A stretch of 63,837 nt of DNA, the filler included, from Octopus bimaculoides (taxonomy: Eukaryota): assembly GCF_001194135.2 (NCBI RefSeq). It is 8 parts of 7 records of this genome, joined end to end, with 100 filler letters (N's around TTAATTAATTAA, not from the genome) between each part and the next. Parts side by side here need not be neighbours in the genome. Positions count along the whole stretch, not along the records: positions 1 to 21,299 come from NC_068994.1; 7 more parts are not named here. One strand, given 5' to 3'. Shown in pieces: positions 1 to 11,984 of this stretch. The notes beneath the pieces were generated by a model. That model was given only the letters and a program-made list of their open reading frames with translations. It was not told the DNA's origin and made no database searches. How positions within the stretch are numbered: the first letter of the stretch is position 1; each line of letters starts with the position of its first letter. The position numbers were made by a program, and so were the translations under genes.

Positions 1-420
1 ACCCATAGCTAAACCATCTTCTTGTCGATATATATCAGTGTCCATACTGAAGTAGGTAGTTTCTACTCAGAAAGTCAACATTTCCATCAAGTTTGTTATT
101 GGTATACTAGTGCGTTCTTTTAGATGGGCGTCTGTCACTAGTTTTTCTTGAATCACCGATAGTGCTTCACCAGTTGGGACTTTGGTGAATAGACTTATCA
201 CATCTAGGCTCACCATCTGGTTGGATTCAATGGGGGTATCCTTGATTAATTCTGTGAAGTAGATGGAATTCTTCACGTATTATGTTGACTTTCCTGCTAA
301 TGGACTGATTATATCCACCAAGAAGCGGCTCAGTGGATGACATGCCGAACCTCTACAACTCACTATAGGTCTTAGTGGAATACCTTCCTTGTGAATCTTA
401 GGGAGACCGTACATGTGGCG
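1..420 (-). mobile_element. Penelope-like element reverse transcriptase fragment (5'-truncated, runs off window start)
   Basis: Minus-strand translation PHMYGLPKIHKEGIPLRPIVSCRGSACHPLSRFLVDIISPL...*YVKNSIYFTELIK...MVSLDVISLFTKVP carries the PLE RT motifs YGLPKIHK, LRPIVS and SxDVxSLFT; one in-frame stop. Confidence 0.9.
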
Positions 421-431
421 TAGTGGAGACC

Positions 432-504
432 GGGCATATGGCGTAGTGGTTAAGAGCGCGGGCTACTAACCCCAAGGTTCCGAGTTCGATTCACGGCAGC
501 GACC

Positions 505-551
<47 letters not shown>

Positions 552-705
552 GTAACATCGATAGGAATGAGAACCCAAGTTCGAAATTTCCCCAAGACAC
601 CTGATGAAGGCTGGAGGGTATATCAGCCGAAACGTTGTGTTAACAACAAACAAGATGAGGACGAATATCCGTCAAATGTAAATAATGTAAATAATGTAAA
701 TTATT
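432..705 (+). mobile_element. tRNA-headed non-coding retroelement unit (SINE-like / PLE terminal repeat) with hammerhead ribozyme, copy 1
   Basis: A box TGGCGTAGTGG 439-449, B box GAGTTCGATTC 482-492, (TAA)n tract, HHR 596-641, (TAAATAATG)n tail; near-identical copy at 21453-21715. Confidence 0.85.
596..641 (+). ncRNA. Minimal type-I hammerhead ribozyme
   Basis: Helix I GACAC/GUGUU; core CUGAUGA(+A) 601-608; helix II GGCUG/CAGCC; GAAA 629-632; palindromic helix III ACGU; predicted cleavage after U636 (GUU). Confidence 0.85.
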
Positions 706-715
706 CAAATGTTAG

Positions 716-825
716 GATCTAGATCCGCTGAACGTGGGATAAATACAGTCAGTACAGAAATACAGATAAGCAGGACTGAAAGCAGTAACAATGAGTTTCA
801 CTGTCGTGTGTCTCATATCGTCATG
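716..825 (+). CDS. Candidate internal exon encoding the C-terminal half of an Ig-like domain
   Basis: AG at 714-715, strong donor ATG|GTAAGG at 826; open frame (G)SRSAERGINTVSTEIQISRTESSNNEFHCRVSHIVM with an Ig F-strand-like FxCxVxH; polypyrimidine tract weak. Confidence 0.45.
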
Positions 826-2399
826 GTAAGGTGTATTCTTCATTAATCTTGCATGCCTTTATCTTAGGCTCGTACAATTTACTTTTGTGCTACTTTTTCT
901 TTTTGCTTTCCACAACAATTTTTCACTGTAATCCAGCGTCTATTTGATTTCTATCGACACAGTACGATCAGGTAGTACTACGCGAAGATTTCTCTTGACG
1001 TCTTAGTCATTGGCTCCTAATACTGAGAAAGAGTCAAGTTCTATCTTAGAGTACAACTAGTAGTGCTCGGGGAACAGTCTGCTGCTGTTATTGCCCCTAT
1101 TATTGCTCGTAGCTTCCTCTCCTCTGTTTTTCCAGCTGGCAGAAAGCGCTCAAGTGGCTCATACTCCTATACATTGTAATACAAGTCTAACTGCTTTTCT
1201 CTTTTGTTCCCAGAATGGCATACAGTATTAGAATATTTCTGTGATCCTCGGGGTACGTCAGGACTTGCATATCCATGCAGCTCACATAATGTTTCTTGTT
1301 AACTCTTTGTTTACTACCTGCATGCACTCTGTCGCGAATGTAATTACAAGCCAAGCGTCAACGCCACTACCAATGTCATGATTACAACCCTTGTATCATT
1401 CACCCATGGCAGTAGGTGAATATATTAAGGTCAGCTTTTAGTTACTCGCGAGCACTTCTAGGCGTCATCACTAATTCAGTTCTCAACCAAATTGAATGCA
1501 GTTTTTTTTTCAATGATGGTCTGGTCCTTCAACTACATTTTGACATCAAATAATTGAAATTTCGTTCATTCAAAAAAAAAAAGTTAGGTCAAAATATGTG
1601 TGGTTGAAAATAGGAGAGTGAGACGAAAAGTTAACTTTAAATCAAAATACCTCAGTTATTTAAAAAGAAAAGTATATATTAATTGTGTTTTTGAAAGAAT
1701 ACGCTCAATGAGAAAAAATCTTTTTAGTGAAAAATCACTCTAAAAAGTATTAGCTAGGAAAAGAAGTTGTGTGATTTTATGCGACAAAAAGAAAATGGTA
1801 AGTAACCCCAACATATCTCAGCTATTATTAAAGAAAAATATACAATAGTTGTATTCAAATGAAAGAGCTCTATGAGATGAATCTTATGGCGAAGACCTCG
1901 TCAAAAAACAAAAACAACACAAAAAGAGTGGTATGGCTTTAAGCGACCGGAAAAAGGTAATCATTTTAACAAATCAAAATATGCTTGTCATTTTAAGATA
2001 TTTAGCGTTATTAAAGATAGTACCTGTTGTCAGAAGTAATAGTAGAACGAGCTTATCCGAGGTTAGAGTGGTACATAGTTCGGTTCTCTGTAGCGCCTTG
2101 CTGACCCCACCCCGTTTCTTAAGGACATTTACCCGATCTTCTAAGCTGTTTCCACACTATTCTACGTGCTCATTTCTATAAAATGGCAACTCACTAGGCG
2201 CTCCAAAGTTAGTAAATAAAAATATATTATTCACCCACAGCAGTCAATTTTTAGTTATTCGCAAGCATTTCTAGGCTTCATCACTAATTCGGTTATTTTC
2301 AATTTAAGTTAATATTTTCGATTTTAACATTTCTTTGTATTAAGCTACGATGGTTATGAGAGGAGGAAAGCTGGTCAGGACAAGGCATATGTATGCTAA

Positions 2400-3295
2400 G
2401 TGATGAAATAGGGAAGGCAATTGAAGTTGAATCCGGTTATAAATACCTGGGAATACCTGAAACAGAGGGATTTAAACACAACGATACGAAAGAAACGATA
2501 AAGTAAGAGTACATGCGGCGAATACGAAAAAATATTAGCTTCAAAGTTGAATACCAGAAACATGACTTCAGCAATAAATTCGCACGCATTCGCAACAGTT
2601 CGGTTTGGAGCTGGAATCTTGAAGTGAACTGAGGAAGAGCTAAAGGAGTTGGGCAGGAAGACAAGAAAGCTCCTAACAATGCATAAAACCCATCATCTAC
2701 GTACAGACACTGATCGCCTACACATGAAGAGAGCAAATGGAGGAAGGAGACTGATAGGTGTGAAAGACTGCGTATGTATCGAGCTCGAGAAGTTGCTGAA
2801 AAACATAGGTGAGATTGGCTGAAGAAAGGAATACTGAATAAAGAGACTGAGAGCACATCACTGGTAGTGCAAGACCAAGCTTTGACCTCGAACTGGAAGG
2901 TCAACCTTAAGAATGGGCAAGTGTCTCTGCTGTGCTGCACCTGTAATAAAATGGACAAAACCATTGCCCATATAACGAAAGAATGCCTTAGACTTGCCCA
3001 AAATCACTATAAGTTGTGGCGATTCGATGAGGTAGCGAAAGTGCTAGATTGGGGACTATGCGAAAAGTGGGGGCTAGAGAGATTAAGACGTGGTATGAGC
3101 ACCAACCGCAGAGAGTGGCGGAGTCAGAGACTTGCAAAATCCTCTGGAGTTTCCCAATCCAAACAGGGAATAACAGACCGGACCTGGTGGTCGACAAGAT
3201 GCACCACATGTGCTTTATAGTTGATGTTTCGTGTCCCTTTGACCTACGAATAGTGAAGAAAGAAGGCAAAAAAATAGATATATATGAGGGGGTAC
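2400..3295 (+). mobile_element. R4/Dong-like non-LTR retrotransposon fragment (RT C-term, CCHC, REL endonuclease), degenerate
   Basis: YKYLG..., RKTRKLLTMHK, WYEHQPQRVAESETCKILWSFPIQTGNNRPDLVV.DK...FIVDVSCPFD across frameshifts. Confidence 0.85.
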
Positions 3296-3344
3296 CCAAA
3301 AGAAACCGAAATTTTGCAATATCATTTCATTCACTTAGTTTTAC

Positions 3345-4080
3345 TTGTTTACACTTTCATTGCCTTCAAAGTATTCTACATTTGAAGCAATGCATCAGTC
3401 CACACGATTTTTTCATTGTTCGAAGCAGTCCTGGAACTCCTGTGGATTTATGCTTTTTCACGCCTCAGGTATTTTTTCTTCACCTCTTCTACATCTGCAA
3501 ACTATTTTCCTTTAAGGACTTTTATCATTCGGGTGGACAAAAAATGTCACAGGGAGCAAGATCGGGCGAATAGAGAGGGTGGGTATGCGCGGTCATGCCA
3601 TTTTTAGTCAAAATCTGTCTCATACTGAATGCATGGGAATTGTAGTGATTAAACCACCATTCTCCACTTTGCCACAGGTCGGGACGTTTTCATCTCACTG
3701 CGTCTCGCAAATGCTTCAGAACTGCCAAGTAAAATGTCTGGTTAACAGTTTGACCAGGAGAAACAAATTCTGTGTGGACAATTCCTTTCGCATCGATGAA
3801 ATAAATCAGCATTGTCTTGACATTGGACTTCACTTGACGCGCTTTTTGGGGGCGCGGTTACAGTTAATGCTTCCATTGACTTGATTGCTGCTTCGTTTTC
3901 AGGTCGTAGTCGTAGCATCAGCTTTTGTCATCAGTGATGACCTTTGAATAAAGGCCCGGATCAACTTCCAACTGTTCTTTCAGTTCATGACACGCATTCA
4001 GTCGTGACTGCTTTTGATCTTATTTGAGCAAACGTGGCATAGATTAAATAGTCGAAAAGAACAGTTAGTATGGTACCGTA
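3345..4080 (-). mobile_element. Degenerate mariner transposase fragment
   Basis: Minus strand resembles mariner coding DNA and the better preserved copy at 43823-44480; no intact ORF. Confidence 0.55.
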
Positions 4081-4163
4081 GGCTGCAGGCAGCAAGCCTG
4101 CTACGCATACAAGGCTCCAGGTGTTACAACAAAACCTGAGATAAAAAGAAAAAAATATATATT

Positions 4164-4373
4164 TTCTGCTATAGGCTCAAGGCGCGAAATTTTGGGGGAG
4201 GGGACCAGTCAATTACATCGACCCCAGCGTTTCACTGGTACTTAATTTATCGACTCCGAAAGGATGAAAGGTAAAGTCGGCCTCGGTGGAATTTAAACTC
4301 GGAACGAGAAGGCGGATGAAATACCGCTAGGTATTTTTGCCATGCGTACTAACGATTCTGCCAATTCACCGCC

Positions 4374-4375
<2 letters not shown>
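4164..4375 (-). mobile_element. tRNA-derived SINE (abundant family, head AAGGCGG..CTGGCAGAA..GTTAGCACG)
   Basis: Same family at 13031-13255(+), 30560-30735(+), 33231-33436(-), 47850-48055(+), 48075-48205(+); B-box-like GAGTTCAAATTCC. Confidence 0.8.
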
Positions 4376-4410
<35 letters not shown>

Positions 4411-4413
<3 letters not shown>

Positions 4414-5510
4414 GGTATGGAGCAGCAGGAATAATAAAATGGCAACAGAGAGAAGTGAAGAAAATGGACACCAAGAAAAGATAAATGTTGACAGTATATG
4501 GAGCCTTCCACCTTAAGAGTGACACCGGTAGACTGTACTTGTCCAGAAGAAAGGGCGGGAGAGTTTCATCAGTTGCCAGGACTGTATCGAAGCAGAGGAA
4601 AACAGCGTAGAGTGGTATGTAAAAAATGCCATGGAGCCACTGTTGAAACACGAAGAAGGCCGGCGTCATCAAAAATGAAAATTGTATAACTAAAGAAAAA
4701 TTTAAACAAGAAATGAACAAAAAAAAAAGAAAGAAAAAGCACGGAAGGAAAAGAAAATGTACGGCCAGTTTGCAAGAGAAGTGAACGCCAAGACAGATAC
4801 AGAGGACAGGTGGCTATGGATGAGGAAGAGTAACCTGAAGATAGAGACAGAAGCACTCATGCGCTCAGGAACAAGCGTTAAGGACCAACTATATGATGTG
4901 CAGAATAGAGAACATTACCGATAGCGACAAATGCAGAATGTGTTAGCAAATGCCCAAAATTGGCACAACGCGAATACAAAAGACGCCATGACAATGTGGC
5001 AAGAATGATCCATTGGGAGCTCTGTGGAAACCAAAGCCTACAAAGAGCAAAGACGTGGTATGAGAAAACTCCAGAAGGAGTCACCGAAAATGAGAATTGC
5101 AAAATCCCGTGGGAGGCAACGATCAAGTCGATCATTCGACCAGGCATCAGAAACCAGACATTGGTGTGGTGAATAAAAAAGAAAGAACATGTATGATGAT
5201 CGACATAACATGCCCCGGTGACTTAAGGATCAATGTGAAAGAAGAAAAAATAAACAACTATGACGATTTGGACTGCGAAATACGAAGGTTGTGTTCAATG
5301 AAGAGAATAGGCGCGATACCAGTAATGATTGGTGCACTTGGAAGTATCAGCACTTAACTTCCAAGATGGCTGAAAAAGATCAGTGCAAGTGCGAAAGTAA
5401 AACACCTACAAAAGTCAGCATTGCTTGGAACTGCAAAAATTCTTCGCAAGGTTCTTGATGCATGGCCAGTAAACAGGTGTCACCTTAGTCTGCTGGCTGT
5501 GGATAGCTGA
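4411..5510 (+). mobile_element. R4/Dong-like 3' fragment between (TAA)n tracts
   Basis: YKRRHDNVARMIHWELC, WYEKTPEGVTENENCKIPW, KPDIGVVNKKERTCMMIDITCPGD, IPVMIGALGS; TAA repeats at 4376-4410 and 5553-5602. Confidence 0.85.
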
Positions 5511-5550
5511 CACTTTCCATCATACATAACAAAATAAGCTATGAGGTTTC

Positions 5551-5602
<52 letters not shown>

Positions 5603-5605
<3 letters not shown>

Positions 5606-5845
5606 CTAGAAACACCCGCAGAAAAAGCTAAGCGCTTGAAAACCCGTGCAAAAATTGCTGCCTTAGATATTATGACTGAAAAATGGCATGGAAAACCTCT
5701 CAATGGCAAATACCCAAAGAGAGCGAATAATGCAGATATTGACAAAGCCCTTACCCACCAATGGTTAATGGCCTCTGGCTTGAAATCAGAAACAGAGGGG
5801 TTTATCATAGCAGCCCAAGATCAATGCCTACCTACAAAGAACTAC
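5603..5845 (+). mobile_element. R4/Dong-like fragment, truncated by gap
   Basis: WHGKPLNGKYP...THQWLMASGLKSETEGFIIAAQDQCLPTKNY; near-identical to the minus-strand copy at 35180-35455. Confidence 0.85.
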
Positions 5846-6759
5846 NNNNNNNNNNNNNNNNNNNNNNNNNNNNNNNNNNNNNNNNNNNNNNNNNNNNNNN
5901 NNNNNNNNNNNNNNNNNNNNNNNNNNNNNNNNNNNNNNNNNNNNNNNNNNNNNNNNNNNNNNNNNNNNNNNNNNNNNNNNNNNNNNNNNNNNNNNNNNNN
6001 NNNNNNNNNNNNNNNNNNNNNNNNNNNNNNNNNNNNNNNNNNNNNNNNNNNNNNNNNNNNNNNNNNNNNNNNNNNNNNNNNNNNNNNNNNNNNNNNNNNN
6101 NNNNNNNNNNNNNNNNNNNNNNNNNNNNNNNNNNNNNNNNNNNNNNNNNNNNNNNNNNNNNNNNNNNNNNNNNNNNNNNNNNNNNNNNNNNNNNNNNNNN
6201 NNNNNNNNNNNNNNNNNNNNNNNNNNNNNNNNNNNNNNNNNNNNNNNNNNNNNNNNNNNNNNNNNNNNNNNNNNNNNNNNNNNNNNNNNNNNNNNNNNNN
6301 NNNNNNNNNNNNNNNNNNNNNNNNNNNNNNNNNNNNNNNNNNNNNNNNNNNNNNNNNNNNNNNNNNNNNNNNNNNNNNNNNNNNNNNNNNNNNNNNNNNN
6401 NNNNNNNNNNNNNNNNNNNNNNNNNNNNNNNNNNNNNNNNNNNNNNNNNNNNNNNNNNNNNNNNNNNNNNNNNNNNNNNNNNNNNNNNNNNNNNNNNNNN
6501 NNNNNNNNNNNNNNNNNNNNNNNNNNNNNNNNNNNNNNNNNNNNNNNNNNNNNNNNNNNNNNNNNNNNNNNNNNNNNNNNNNNNNNNNNNNNNNNNNNNN
6601 NNNNNNACTGCACACATTCTACGCAAAACACTTTCAATACAGTAAACACAAGAGCACCACAGCAAACCACAGCACATACCCAAGGCGCACAGAGCTGCGC
6701 TCGGTAGTGAAGTGAAAGCACGTTATAAAAATAAAATAATAATAATAATAATAATAACA

Positions 6760-7463
6760 ACATGTGAGAACGATAAATCACTGCTCCGAAATTTATCCAA
6801 AACATCGGAAATAAAACATCGCATGGAGCCAAAAATAGCTGACAAAGGTTTGGACTATATCCGAGTAAGTAATACTCATTGAAATTTATTTCTATTTTTC
6901 CAAATATAATGATGTATTTTAACTGGATATCATCTCCACTACTCGCATAGCACACGTAAACACGCTTGTTACATCAACACCAAACCATCTCCGGCCCCAA
7001 ACACCATGTACAAAAAATTACAAACAGATTAAATAATACCGGTATTATTCCACCCAAGAATAACAACCGGGAAGTGCGTACTTTAAACTTGTTACGCAAA
7101 AAATACGAAGAGCTGCACGTGCAAAACAATCTGACAAGAGAAATGAACGGACCGGTACCCTACGAAAATGATGACTGTCAAAACAAAGGGTCGGACGCTG
7201 TTCCTCATGTCCCGCAAATAAAACCAAAACGGCATAAATGGACACGGGAGGAATACATTTCGATCTTACAGGCTTACTTTACAGCAGTGCTCTACCTAAA
7301 GAACGAAAACGCAACAACACATACATATAAAATATGGAAGAAAAATAATCTAATTAAAGACCTGGATACAATAATGAACCCTAATAAACTAGCTAACATA
7401 CGAAGATATATTTTCAAAGCAAAAAAAAATATCAGAAATAGAAATAGAACAATTGAAAGGAAA
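6760..7463 (+). mobile_element. Probable N-terminal region of an R4/Dong-like ORF
   Basis: PKRHKWTREEYISILQAYFTA...NPNKLANIRRYIFK resembles R4-clade N-termini; preceded by a TAA tract. Confidence 0.5.
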
Positions 7464-7599
7464 NNNNNNNNNNNNNNNNNNNNNNNNNNNNNNNNNNNNN
7501 NNNNNNNNNNNNNNNNNNNNNNNNNNNNNNNNNNNNNNNNNNNNNNNNNNNNNNNNNNNNNNNAAACGGGTCGTTCTTGTTGCGTAAAAGAAGGGAAGA

Positions 7600-8090
7600 C
7601 GATACTTCAAAACGGCGTTTTTTTTTGGTTGTCGTTCAATTCATGTGGCACCTATTTCTCAAGTATTTTTGTTTTTCCAATCTCTTTCAAGTGGTTGGAA
7701 ATTGTCGTATACGTTACGTCTAATTCAGAAGCAAGCCCTCGAACAGTTGTGCGTGGATTGGCTTCGACTAAGACTCTTAGTTGATCGTTGTCAACATCCA
7801 ATGGCCGACCACTACGCTTATCATCTTCAAGACTCTCGTCAGCGCTACGAAATTTCTTGAACCACTATTGTGCTGTGCGTTCATTAGTGGTTCCTGGGCC
7901 AAACGCATCGTTGATATCGCGAGCTGTTTCAGCAGCTTTTCGGCCTAACTTGAACTGGAATAAGAAAATTGTGCGAATTTGCTTTTTGTCCATGTTGCAT
8001 TCAACGTTCCAGAAAAAATGGCCTAATTATTCAAAAAGAAAAAGAGTAACACGATCAGATAGAGCGAAAAACGGGCTTTAAAATGATATA
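7600..8090 (-). mobile_element. Mariner 5' fragment, degenerate
   Basis: Minus strand MDKKQIRTIFLFQFKLGRKAAETARDINDAFGPGTTN is the mariner N-terminal HTH pattern. Confidence 0.7.
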
Positions 8091-8199
8091 TAAAGTCGAA
8101 GTAATTTAACGAAAATTAATTTGAAAATACGTCATTTAAAACCAAAATTTAAAATTCCGCAAGAACGTTCTTGACACCTAATAATTAAGGCAAAATAGA

Positions 8200-9050
8200 T
8201 TGTTTGAAACTAATAAGAAAAAAACTGTTTAAGGAAGTACGTGGGTAAGTGCACCTAACATTGGCACCTGATGCAGACGAAATCAGGGCAGTCTGGAAAG
8301 GAATCTGGCATCTACTAGTAAAGCATATTGATAAAGCGGAGTGGCTACATGAAATCCAGGATAGGTTAAGAAATATACAAGGTCAAAACAACATAAAAAT
8401 AAATACAGAAAAGATAAAAAGACAAGTAACATTTCAATTTTCCAGGGGCGAATGGTGTCGTGTCCAAGGTTATTGGATGAAGAAGCTGAAAGTGCTCCAT
8501 GAAAGGATAACAGAACAGCTGGATAAGTGCTTGCATGTAGGCTCAATACCCAACTGGATGACAAAAGGACAACAGTATTATGTGTCAAGGATCTTGAAAA
8601 TGGTAACATTGTATCTAACTTTCGACCAATAATGTGTCTTCTGCTAATGTGGAAAATACTGTCAGGTGTTTTGGCCGGCGAACTAAATGTATATTCAGAA
8701 AAAAAGTGGGCTGCTACTCATTGAACAGAAAGGTTGTCGAAAGAGGAACTGGGGAACGAAAGATCAGCTGTTAATTGATAAACTAATAATTAGAAACTGC
8801 AAAAGAAGACACACAAACCTAGGCATGGCATGGAGTGATTATCGCAAGGCATACAATATGATACCACACTCTTGGATAAGAAGAACTATGAAAATATATG
8901 GAGTAGCAGAAAACATGAGATGCCTTATATGAAATGTTGGAGAACTGAATTGAGAACAAGGAATCAGGTATTAGGAGAAGTGAACATTAAGAGAGGAATC
9001 TTCCAGAGGGACAGTGTATACCTATTAATCTTTGTGCTCTCCTGAAAACA
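8200..9050 (+). mobile_element. R4/Dong-like RT fragment
   Basis: [73 protein letters not shown] across frameshifts. Confidence 0.9.
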
Positions 9051-10023
9051 CTAAATTGAAGAATTACTTGATTACGGTAAATTCTGCATTTTGTAAAGCA
9101 AAGTGTGATATTTAAAACGAGTTAAAAAATTGATATATCTTGAAGTTTGTCATCACCAAAGTTGATTTGATTTCTAAACAATATTTTCATGGGCGCCCTT
9201 AGAACAGGAAGTAAAAATCAAAACTCAGGATTGACTAATCTAGTCCAAATCTGCATTATAAATTGTTAGCACTTGATTTGATATCCAGATAATATAAAAT
9301 TTTAAGCAAGCAATGCCTGTTACTAATAAGTTACTTAAAAGGTTAAAATTCAAGGGAGATTTGCAGAATAGGTAGTATACACTTGCATAAATGATCGCAA
9401 TACTCTCAATACTGTTGCCTGCAACTTTGCGAAAGAGTTGCCGACAAATCATTTTCATTCAAAATACGTTGCTATTCCAAAGGTTTTTCTGGCGTTTCAT
9501 GCAAAAATAGCAAGAACTCTATGAATTTGAGTTTCCCTGAGGAAAAACTGGGTTACAAGGAAGGTGGCAATTGCTTTGAATCTCAAGGGAAAAAAAAACT
9601 TAGTGATGGTGTTAGGAGTGCATTAAAATGTTTGGTTACCCATGGAAGAAAGTTGAAAATAGTCATGCTATAGGTCTTTTATTAGGCTAGAACCAACACA
9701 TGTACAAGTATGTAAACATACAGGCAAATGTGCATACACAAATACATCAAACACACATACAGACGCATATATAAACATATACATGTATTACTTTTGCATA
9801 TACACTTCAATGCATATTAATACACATACACATATAATATATTATACACATACAAACATTTTGATCAACTCTAAGGATATTTTCTTTCAATCCACTGGCA
9901 TATAATATTTTTTTTTTACTCAAGTTGATAAAATGAAATACCACTCTAGTTCGTATATTCGATAAAATCAACTTGTATTTCAAGCTGAATATCAGAATTT
10001 GTGTCTGGATGTGACAGGATATT

Positions 10024-10079
<56 letters not shown>

Positions 10080-11107
10080 GTATGTATAAGCGCATGTATG
10101 AGTGATTTCCATTGTTATTGAAAACGAAAATTATACAAAGTATAGAGCATGCAGTAGTATTTGTTAATATAGCAATAATAGTAATGAATATTGCAAACTA
10201 GAAACAGCATATTTGTGTGTTTAAGAGTGTGCTGTGCATTGCTTATGTTTCATGTGTATTGTGTGTGTACGTATGTCGTGTGTATGTATATGTGTGTAGG
10301 TTTGTAAGTATGCGTTGATTTATTGTTCATTACATCAATGTTTATGTTTCATTGATGTACAATATTTGTATCTGACGATAAATAACGAGTGAGCTAGTTT
10401 TTAAGGCGATATCGAATATCTGAAGTAGCAAAGGTGAAAGATAAACGAAATAAATACTCCAGGGAAATATAAACAAATTAGGATTGATATGTAAGGTTTT
10501 CAGGGGAGAAGACAGTATATTAATAGTAGAAGAGGGACATAAAAAGGCTCGATTAAATTAAGTACACAACTAAAACCTTCAAATAAACAAACGTATACAT
10601 CACTTGAGTATATACACATGCACACAGACGCACACGCACACATATAGACATATGTACATATTTGTGTTTGTGTGTATGTATGTATATATGTATGTATACA
10701 TGCATGTATGTATGTATATATGTATGTATACATGCATGTATGTATGTATATATGTATGTATACATGCATGTATGCATGTATGTATATAAATGAAATCTAC
10801 TCTTTATATGAAAACTTTTTGATTTAATTCATTAATAATACGTGATTCTCCGAATCCGACAACTAAGCTAATCTCCGCAAACAGGGATTAAAGGTGATTA
10901 ACATCAACGGTGTGGGTTCTTGCGAACTGGCTGTTATAACCGAATGGTTTATCAAGTCAGAGATACATTAGTTAAACAGCTAAAGGAGAACAAAGAGAAA
11001 GTAGTAGGGTGGTAACTGGCAATGATGGCGGTGTAAAGAGAAAGCGAGATACAGGTATGTGTGTGTTTTGTGTATATTTCAGATATGTAAAATATATATG
11101 ATATATG

Positions 11108-11184
<77 letters not shown>

Positions 11185-11189
11185 TGTGT

Positions 11190-11232
<43 letters not shown>

Positions 11233-11279
11233 GTCTTCATTGCTATATTCTTGTGAGACCTAGGTTACTTATCGGAGAC

Positions 11280-11980
11280 ATGTAAAGAGGCAGGAATGAG
11301 TTCATCAAAAGTGTCTCCGCCATATATTGAATATCTGATGGCAAATGTAAGTGGTGTTGAAGTCTTCGAACGCAGTCACTCTATCAATATGAAGTCTCTA
11401 GTATTTCAGCTCCATGTGGTCTCGTGCAAGACACCAGCTCAACGTAAAGGATTTTTTCTTGAATTCGAATGGGATGGCTTGCCCAGCGGAATCTGTGTTT
11501 ATAGATGTGAGCTTCAATGCTGAGTGTGTCAGCATTTTTGAGTACTTCAGAGTTAGACGTATGTGTGCTCCAGTAAAATTCTATTATTACTCCAGCATCG
11601 TTTGTAAGACTACTTTCGGATTTTGAGGTGTTTGCGGTAGACAGCACAAGTTTCTCAAGTGTAAAGCAGTATCGAAAGGATGCACGTATCATATGTTGCA
11701 ATTTTTCGCACTCGCCAGATGTCACAGATGGTCTACAAGAACGTATTCCTCCATCCATCCATCTTCCCCACTCACTATGTCTAGGAGGGCCGAAGGCATA
11801 AAGTCCTCTGGCACACTTTTATAAGATCCTACTGAAAGCAACATCATTAGAATTTCGGCAAGATTCTCAAGCGTGACAAACTGAGACTATGGACATTACA
11901 CAACCTTCTAGTTCATAGTCTATCCCTAAATCTCCTGCAGTTTGGATAGACTTGAAGAATTTGTCTTGCGAGTCTTTCCT
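11280..11980 (-). mobile_element. RTE-clade LINE 3' portion
   Basis: SNSEVLKNADTLSIEAHIYKHRFRWASHPIRIQEKILYVELVSCTRPHG matches the RTE C-terminus; (CA)n tract follows on the minus strand at 11108-11228. Confidence 0.75.
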
Positions 11981-11984
11981 GCGA

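Noticed and set aside
432-505. Functional tRNA gene
   Set aside because: The acceptor stem does not close, the ACT anticodon is atypical, and it is part of a repeated composite unit.
1214-1252. 39-nt micro-exon candidate (EWHTVLEYFCDPR)
   Set aside because: Only splice-like signals; too short to support without RNA data.
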